Shown piece after piece: positions 52,201 to 61,200 of a stretch of DNA of 64,000 nt. The notes under the pieces were generated by a model, which was not told the origin of the DNA, ran no database searches, and saw only the letters and a program-made list of their open reading frames with translations. A program made the translations under genes and the position numbers. The first letter of the stretch is position 1. Each line of letters opens with the position of its first letter. The stretch comes from Candidatus Latescibacterota bacterium (GTDB taxonomy: Bacteria; Latescibacterota; UBA2968): positions 64,001 through 128,000 of the forward strand of contig OZ242311.1 in assembly GCA_965207885.1 (NCBI GenBank), given 5' to 3'.

Positions 52201-55200
52201 GGACTATGCAGGTGTAGATGCTTCAGATGTAGATGTGACTGTGACTGATGACGATGCAGCACCTACCTTCTCTATCGCAGATGTAAGTGTCACCGAAGGC
52301 AGTGCAGCCACATTCACCGTGACACGAAGTGGTGCAACAGGCACGACGGTCTCTGTCAAATGGAACACTGCCAATGATGCAACCGGTGATGATCCAGCAG
52401 AGGCCAATGACTACACAGCACAAACAACGAAACAGACACTGAGCTTTGGTGTGGGTATAACGAGTCTAACGTTTAGTGTTCAGACAACGAATGATTCTGT
52501 GGATGAGGATGATGAGACCTTCCTTGTCCAACTGAGTGAGGCGAGCACAGGCACATCAATCACCGACGATGAGGCCGTAGGGACAATCACGGATAATGAC
52601 ACAAAAGGTGTGACAGTAGCTCCGACGAGTCTGACCGTGACGGAAGCGGCAGGCACCACACGCACGGCGACCTACACAGTGGTGCTGACCTCACAGCCTA
52701 CTGGCAATGTAACAGTAGAAGTCGCCAGCGATGATACAGACGCAGCAACGGTGGATAAGTCCCGTTTGACTTTTTCGACAAGCACCTGGAGCACAGCACA
52801 GACGGTTACAGTCACGGGAGTGGATAATAATGTAGATGATGGAGCCAGTCGCAGTGCAACGGTTGAACACACGGTCAGTGGTGCGGACTATGCAGGTGTA
52901 GATGCTTCAGATGTAGATGTGACTGTGACTGATGACGATGCAGAACCTACCTTCTCTATCGCAGATGTGAGTGTTACCGAAGGCAGTGCAGCCACGTTCA
53001 CCGTGATACGAAGTGGTGCGACAGGCACGACGGTCTCTGTCAAGTGGAACACTGCCAATGATGGTGATGGGGATGATCCGGCAGAAGCCAATGACTATAC
53101 GGCGGTCTCTACGAAACAGACACTGAGCTTTGGTGTGGGTGTAACGAGTCAGACGTTTAATGTCCAGACGACGAATGATGCTGTAGATGAAGATGATGAG
53201 ACGTTCCTTGTGCAACTAAGTGAGGCCACTGGTGCGACCATCTCCACAGCGACAGCGACTGGCACTATCACGGATAATGATACGAAAGGTGTGACGGTAG
53301 ATCCTACAAGTCTGACCGTGACGGAAGCGGCAGGCAGCACACGCACAGCAACCTACACAGTGGTGCTGACCTCACAGCCTACTGGCAATGTAACAGTAGA
53401 AGTAGCAAGTGATGACACAGACGCAGCAACGGTGGATGAATCCCGTTTGACTTTTTCGACAAGCACCTGGAGCACAGCACAAACAGTGACCGTGACAGGT
53501 GTGGATAATCAGCTTGATGATGGAACCAGCCGCAGTGCAACGGTTGAACACACCGTCAGTGGTGCGGACTATGCAGGTGTAGATGCTTCAGATGTAGATG
53601 TGACTGTGACTGATGACGATGCAGCACCTACCTTCTCTATCGCAGATGTGAGTGTCACCGAAGGCAGTGCAGCCACGTTCACAGTGATACGAAGTGGTGC
53701 AACAGGCACGGCGGTCTCTGTCAAATGGAACACTGCCAATGATGGTGATGGGGATGATCCAGCAGAGGCCAATGACTACACAGCACAAACAACGAAACAG
53801 ACACTGAGCTTTGGTGCGAATGATGCGATTAAGACCTTCACGGTTGCCACGACGAATGATGCTGTGGATGAGGATGATGAGACGTTCCTTGTGCAATTAA
53901 GCGAGGCCAGCGCAGGCACATCAATCACCGATGATGAGGCCGTAGGGACAATCACGGATAATGATACAAAAGGTGTGACAGTAGCTCCGACGAGTCTGAC
54001 CGTGACGGAGGCAGCAGGCAACACACGCACAGCGACTTATACGGTGGTGCTGACTTCGCAGCCGACGGGTAATGTAACAGTAGAAGTAGAAAGTGACGAT
54101 ACAGACGCAGCGACGGTGGATGAATCAACATTGATCTTCTCGACCAGTGATTGGAGCACAGCGCAGACAGTGACCGTGACAGGTGTGGATAATCAGCTTG
54201 ATGATGGAGCCAGTCGTAGTGCGACGATTGAACACATGGTCAGTGGTGCAGATTATGCAGGTGAAGATGCTTCAGATGTGGATGTGACTGTAACCGATGA
54301 TGATACGGCTCCCGCGTTTTCAATAGGTGATGTGAGTGTCACCGAAGGTAGTGTAGCCACATTCACCGTGACCCGTTCAGGTGCTCTTGGCAGTGTTGCA
54401 TCCGTGAAGTGGAACACAGCCGATGATGCCAGTGGCACAGACCCAGCAGAAGCCAATGACTACACAGCACAGACGAGCAAGCAGACACTGAACTTTGGTG
54501 CGAATGATGCGATTAAGACCTTCACGGTTGCCACGACGAATGATGCTGTAGATGAAGGTGATGAGACCTTCCTTGTGGAACTGAGTGAGGCCACTGGTGC
54601 GACCATCTCCGATGCAGAGGCCGTAGGCACCATTACCGATAACGATACAAAAGGAGTGACGGTAACACCTACAAGTGTGACTGTGACGGAGGCAGCGGGC
54701 ACCACGCGCACGGCAACTTATACGGTGGTGCTAACTTCACAACCTACGGGCAACGTAACAGTAGAAGTAGAAAGTGACGATACAGACGCAGCGACGGTGG
54801 ATGAGTCCCGTTTGACCTTCTCAACAAGCACCTGGAGCACAGCACAGACGGTTACAGTGACGGGAGTGGATAATAATGTAGATGATGGCACAAGTCGTAG
54901 TGCGACGGTTGAACACACCGTCAGTGGCGCAGATTATGCTTCTGTACAGGCTTCAGATGTAGATGTCACCGTAACTGATGATGATGCAGCACCTACCTTC
55001 TCTATCGCAGATGTGAGTGTTACCGAAGGTAGTGCAGCCACGTTCACCGTGACACGAAGTGGTGCGACAGGCACGACGGTCTCTGTCAAGTGGAACACTG
55101 CCAATGATGCAGACGGTGATGATCCGGCAGAAGCCAATGACTATACGGCGGTCTCTACGAAACAGACACTGAGCTTTGGTGTGGGTGTAACGAGTCTGAC

Positions 55201-58200
55201 GTTTAATGTTCAGACAACAAATGATTCTGTAGATGAAGGTGATGAGACCTTCCTTGTGCAATTAAGCGAGGCCACTGGTGCGACCATCTCCACAGCGACA
55301 GCGACTGGCACTATCACGGATAATGACACAAAAGGTGTGACAGTAGCTCCGACGAGTCTGACCGTGACAGAAGCGGCAGGCAGTACACGCACGGCGACCT
55401 ACACAGTGGTGCTGACCTCACAGCCTACTGGCAATGTAACAGTAGAAGTCGCCAGCGATGACACAGACGCAGCAACGGTGGATAAGTCCCGTTTGATCTT
55501 TTCGACAAGCACCTGGAACACAGCACAAACAGTGACAGTGACAGGTGTGGATAATCAGCTTGATGATGGAGCCAGTCGCAGTGCAACGGTTGAACACACC
55601 GTCAGTGGAGCGGACTATGCAGGTGTAGATGCTTCGGATGTGGATGTGACTGTGACTGATGACGATGCAGCACCTACCTTCTCTATCGCAGATGTAAGTG
55701 TCACCGAAGGCAGTGCAGCCACATTCACCGTAACCCGCAGTGGTGCAACAGGCACGGCGGTCTCTGTCAAATGGAACACTGCCAATGATGCAACCGGTGA
55801 TGATCCAGCAGAGGCCAATGACTACACAGCACAAACAACGAAACAGACACTGAGCTTTGGTGTGGGTATAACGAGTCTAACGTTTAATGTTCAGACAACG
55901 AATGATTCTGTGGACGAGGATGATGAGACGTTCCTTGTGGAACTGAGTGAGGCCACTGGTGCGACCATCTCCACAGCGACAGCGACTGGCACTATCACGG
56001 ATAATGATACGAAAGGTGTGACGGTAGATCCTACAAGTCTGACCGTGACGGAAGCGGCAGGCAGCACACGCACAGCAACCTATACGGTGGTGCTAACTTC
56101 ACAACCTACGGGCAACGTAACAGTAGAAGTAGCAAGTGATGACACAGACGCAGCGACAGTGGATAAGTCCCGTTTGACCTTCTCGACAAGCACCTGGAGC
56201 ACGGCGCAGACGGTTACAGTGACAGGTGTGGATAATCAGCTTGATGATGGCACAAGTCGTAGTGCAACGGTTGAACACACCGTCAGTGGTGCAGATTATG
56301 CAGGTGAAGATGCTTCAGATGTGGATGTGACTGTGACAGATGACGATGCAGCACCTACCTTCTCTATCGCAGATGTGAGTGTCACCGAAGGCAGTGCAGC
56401 CACATTCACCGTAACCCGCAGTGGTGCAACAGGCACGGCGGTCTCTGTCAAGTGGAACACTGCCGATGATGCAAGTGGCACAGACCCAGCAGAATCGAAT
56501 GACTATACAGCACAGACGAGCAAGCAGACGTTGAATTTTGCGATAGGTGATGCCAGTAAGACCTTCACGGTTGCCACGACGAATGATGCTGTGGATGAAG
56601 GTGATGAGACGTTCCTTGTCCAACTGAGTGAGGCTACTGGTGCGACCATCTCCGATGCAGAGGCCGTAGGAACCATTACGGATAATGATACGAAAGGAGT
56701 GACGGTAGCTCCGACAAGTCTGACCGTGACGGAAGCGGCAGGCAGTACACGCACAGCAACCTATACGGTGGTGCTGACTTCACAGCCTACTGGCAATGTA
56801 ACAGTAGAAGTAGAAAGTGACGATACAGATATAGCGACGGTGGATGAATCAACATTGACCTTTTCGACAAGCACCTGGAGCACAGCGCAGACGGTTACAG
56901 TGACGGGAGTGGATAATAATGTAGATGATGGCACAAGTCGTAGTGCAACGGTTGAACACACCGTCAGTGGAGCGGACTATGCAGGTGAAGATGCTTCAGA
57001 TGTGGATGTGACTGTAACCGATGACGATGCAGCACCTACTTTCTCTATTGCAGATGTAAGTGTCACCGAAGGTAGTGCAGCCACGTTCACCGTAACACGA
57101 AGTGGTGCGACAGGCACGACGGTCTCTGTCAAATGGAACACCGCCAATGATGCCAGTGGCACAGACCCGGCAGAAGCCAATGACTATACAGCACAGACAA
57201 CGAAGCAGACGTTGAACTTTGCGATAGGTGATGCCAGTAAGACCTTCACGGTTGCCACGACGAATGATGCTGTAGATGAAGGTGATGAGACGTTCCTTGT
57301 GCAACTGAGTGAGGCCACTGGTGCGACCATCTCCACAGCGACAGCGACTGGCACTATCACGGATAATGACACAAAAGGCGTGACAGTAGAGCCGACAAGT
57401 GTGACCGTGACGGAAGCGGCAGGCAGTACACGCACGGCGACTTATACGGTGGTGCTGACCTCACAGCCTACTGGCAATGTAACAGTAGAAGTCGCCAGCG
57501 ATGACACAGACGCAGCGACAGTGGATAAGTCCCGTTTGACCTTTTCGACAAGCACCTGGAGCACGGCGCAGACGGTTACAGTGACGGGAGTGGATAATCA
57601 GTTTGATGATGGCACAAGTCGTAGTGCAACGGTTGAACACACCGTCAGTGGTGCGGACTATGCAGGTATAGATGCTTCAGATGTAGATGTGACTGTGACT
57701 GATGACGATGCAGCACCTACCTTCTCTATTGCAGATGTGAGTGTTACCGAAGGTAGTGCTGCCACATTCACCGTGACCCGGAGTGGTGCAACAGGCACGA
57801 CGGTCTCTGTGAAGTGGAACACCGCCAATGATGCAACCGGTGATGATCCGGCAGAGGCCAATGACTACACAGCACAAACAACGAAACAGACACTGAGCTT
57901 TGGTGCGAATGATGCGATTAAGACCTTCACGGTTGCCACGACGAATGATGCTGTGGATGAGGATGATGAGACGTTCCTTGTCCAACTGAGTGAGGCCAGC
58001 GCAGGCACATCAATCACCGATGCAGAGGCCGTAGGGACAATCACGGATAATGATACGAAAGGTGTGACGGTAGATCCTACAAGTCTGACCGTGACGGAGG
58101 CTGCTGGCACCACACGCACAGCAACCTATACGGTGGTGCTTACGAGCCAGCCGACGGGCAACGTGACAGTAGAAGTAGCAAGTGATGACACAGACGCAGC

Positions 58201-61200
58201 GACAGTGGATAAGTCCCGTTTGACCTTCTCGACAAGCAACTGGAGCACAGCACAGACAGTGACCGTGACAGGTGTGGATAATCAGCTTGATGATGGAGCC
58301 AGTCGCAGTGCGACGATTGAACACGAGGTCAGTGGTGCAGATTATGCAGGTGTAGAGGCTTCAGATGTGGATGTGACTGTGACTGATGATGATACGGCTC
58401 CCGCGTTTTCGATAGGTGATGTGAGTGTCACCGAAGGCAGTGCAGCCACATTCACCGTGACCCGCAATGGTGCGACAGGCACGGCGGTCTCTGTCAAATG
58501 GAACACCGCCAATGATGCCAGTGGCACAGACCCGGCAGAATCGAATGACTACACAGCACAAACAACGAAGCAGACATTGAGCTTTGGTGTGGGTATAACG
58601 AGTCTAACGTTTAGTGTTCAGACAACGAATGATTCTGTGGATGAGGATGATGAGACGTTCCTTGTGGAACTGAGTGAGGCCAGCGCAGGCACATCAATCA
58701 CCGACGATGAGGCCGTAGGGACAATCACGGATGACGATACGAAAGGCGTGACAGTAGCTCCTACAAGTCTGACCGTGACGGAAGCGGCAGGCAGCACACG
58801 CACAGCAACCTATACGGTGGTGCTTACGAGCCAGCCGACGGGCAACGTAACAGTAGAAGTAGCAAGTGATGACACAGACGCAGCGACAGTGGATAAGTCC
58901 CGTTTGACCTTCTCGACAAGCAACTGGAGCACAGCGCAGACGGTTACAGTCACGGGAGTAGATAATCAGCTTGATGATGGCACGAGCCGCAGTGCGACGA
59001 TTGAAAATGAGGTCAGTGGTGCAGATTATGCATCTGTGGAGGCTTCAGATGTGGATGTGACTGTAACCGATGATGATACGGCTCCCGCGTTTTCAATAGG
59101 TGATGTGAGTGTCACCGAAGGCAGTGTAGCCACATTCACCGTAACCCGTTCAGGTGCTCTTGGCAGTGTTGCATCCGTGAAGTGGAACACAGCCGATGAT
59201 GCCAGTGGCACAGACCCAGCAGAAGCCAATGACTACACAGCACAGACGAGCAAGCAGACACTGAACTTTGGTGCGAATGATGCGATTAAGACCTTCACGG
59301 TTGCCACGACGAATGATGCAGTGGATGAAGGTGATGAAACGTTTCTTGTCCAACTGAGCGAGGCCACTGGTGCAACCATCTCCGATGCAGAGGCCGTGGG
59401 AACCATTACGGATAATGATACAAAAGGTGTGACGGTAGCTCCTACGAGTCTGACCGTGACAGAAGCAGCAGGCACCACACGCACGGCGACTTATACAGTG
59501 GTGCTGACCTCACAGCCGACGGGCAGTGTGACAGTAGAAGTCGCCAGCGATGACACAGACGCAGCGACGGTGGATGAGTCCCGTTTGACCTTCTCGACAA
59601 GTACCTGGAGCACAGCACAGACGGTTACAGTAACAGGAGTAGATAATAATGTAGATGATGGAGCCAGTCGTAGTGCGACGATTGAACACACGGTCAGTGG
59701 AGCGGACTATGCATCTGTAGATGCTTCAGATGTGGATGTGACTGTGACCGATGACGATGCAGCACCTTCCTTCTCTATCGCAGATGTAAGTGTCACCGAA
59801 GGTAGTGCAGCCACGTTCACCGTGACCCGGAGTGGTGCGACAGGTACGACGGTCTCTGTCAAATGGAACACTGCCAATGATGCCAGTGGCACAGACCCGG
59901 CAGAAGCCAATGACTATACGGCGGTCTCTACGAAACAGACACTGAGTTTTGGTGTGGGTGTAACGAGTCAGACATTTAATGTTCAGACAACGAATGATGC
60001 AGTGGATGAAGGCGATGAAACCTTCCTTGTCCAACTGAGCGAGGCCAGCGGTGCGACCATCACAGACGCAGAGGCCGTAGGAACCATTACGGATGATGAC
60101 ACAAAAGGTGTGACGGTAGATCCTACAAGTCTGACCGTGACGGAAGCGGCAGGCACCACACGCACGGCAACCTATACGGTGGTGCTGACCTCACAGCCGA
60201 CGGGCAGTGTGACTGTGGCAGTAGAAAGTGATGACACAGATGCAGCAACGGTGGATGAATCAACATTGACCTTCTCGACAAGCACCTGGAGCACAGCACA
60301 GACGGTTACAGTAACAGGTGTGGACAATCAGCTTGATGACGGCACAAGTCGCAGTGCAACGATTGACCACGAGGTCAGTGGAGCGGACTATGCATCTGTG
60401 GAGGCTTCAGATGTGGATGTGACTGTGACCGATGATGATACGGCTCCCGCGTTTTCGATAGGTGATGTGAGTGTCACCGAAGGCAGTGTAGCCACGTTCA
60501 CCGTGACCCGTTCAGGTGCTCTTGGCAGTGTTGCATCCGTGAAGTGGAACACCGCCAATGATGCCAGTGGCACAGACCCGGCAGAGGCCAATGACTACAC
60601 AGCACAGACGAGCAAGCAGACATTGAGCTTTGGTGCGAATGATGCGATTAAGACCTTCACGGTTGCCACGACGAATGATGCAGTGGATGAAGGTGATGAG
60701 ACCTTCCTTGTCCAACTGAGTGAGGCGAGCACAGGCACATCAATCACCGATGCAGAGGCCGTAGGGACAATCACGGATGATGACACAAAAGGTGTGACGG
60801 TAGATCCGACGAGTCTAACCGTGACAGAAGCAGCAGGCACCACGCGCACGGCAACTTATACGGTGGTGCTGACTTCGCAACCTACTGGCAGTGTAACAGT
60901 AGAAGTAGAAAGTGATGACACAGACGCAGCGACGGTGGATGAGTCCCGTTTGACCTTCTCGACAAGCACCTGGAGCACAGCACAGACGGTTACAGTAACA
61001 GGTGTGGACAATCAGCTTGATGACGGCACAAGTCGCAGTGCAACGATTGACCACGAGGTCAGTGGAGCGGACTATGCATCTGTGGAGGCTTCAGATGTGG
61101 ATGTGACTGTGACCGATGATGATACGGCTCCCGCGTTTTCGATAGGTGATGTGAGTGTCACCGAAGGCAGTGTAGCCACGTTCACCGTGACCCGTTCAGG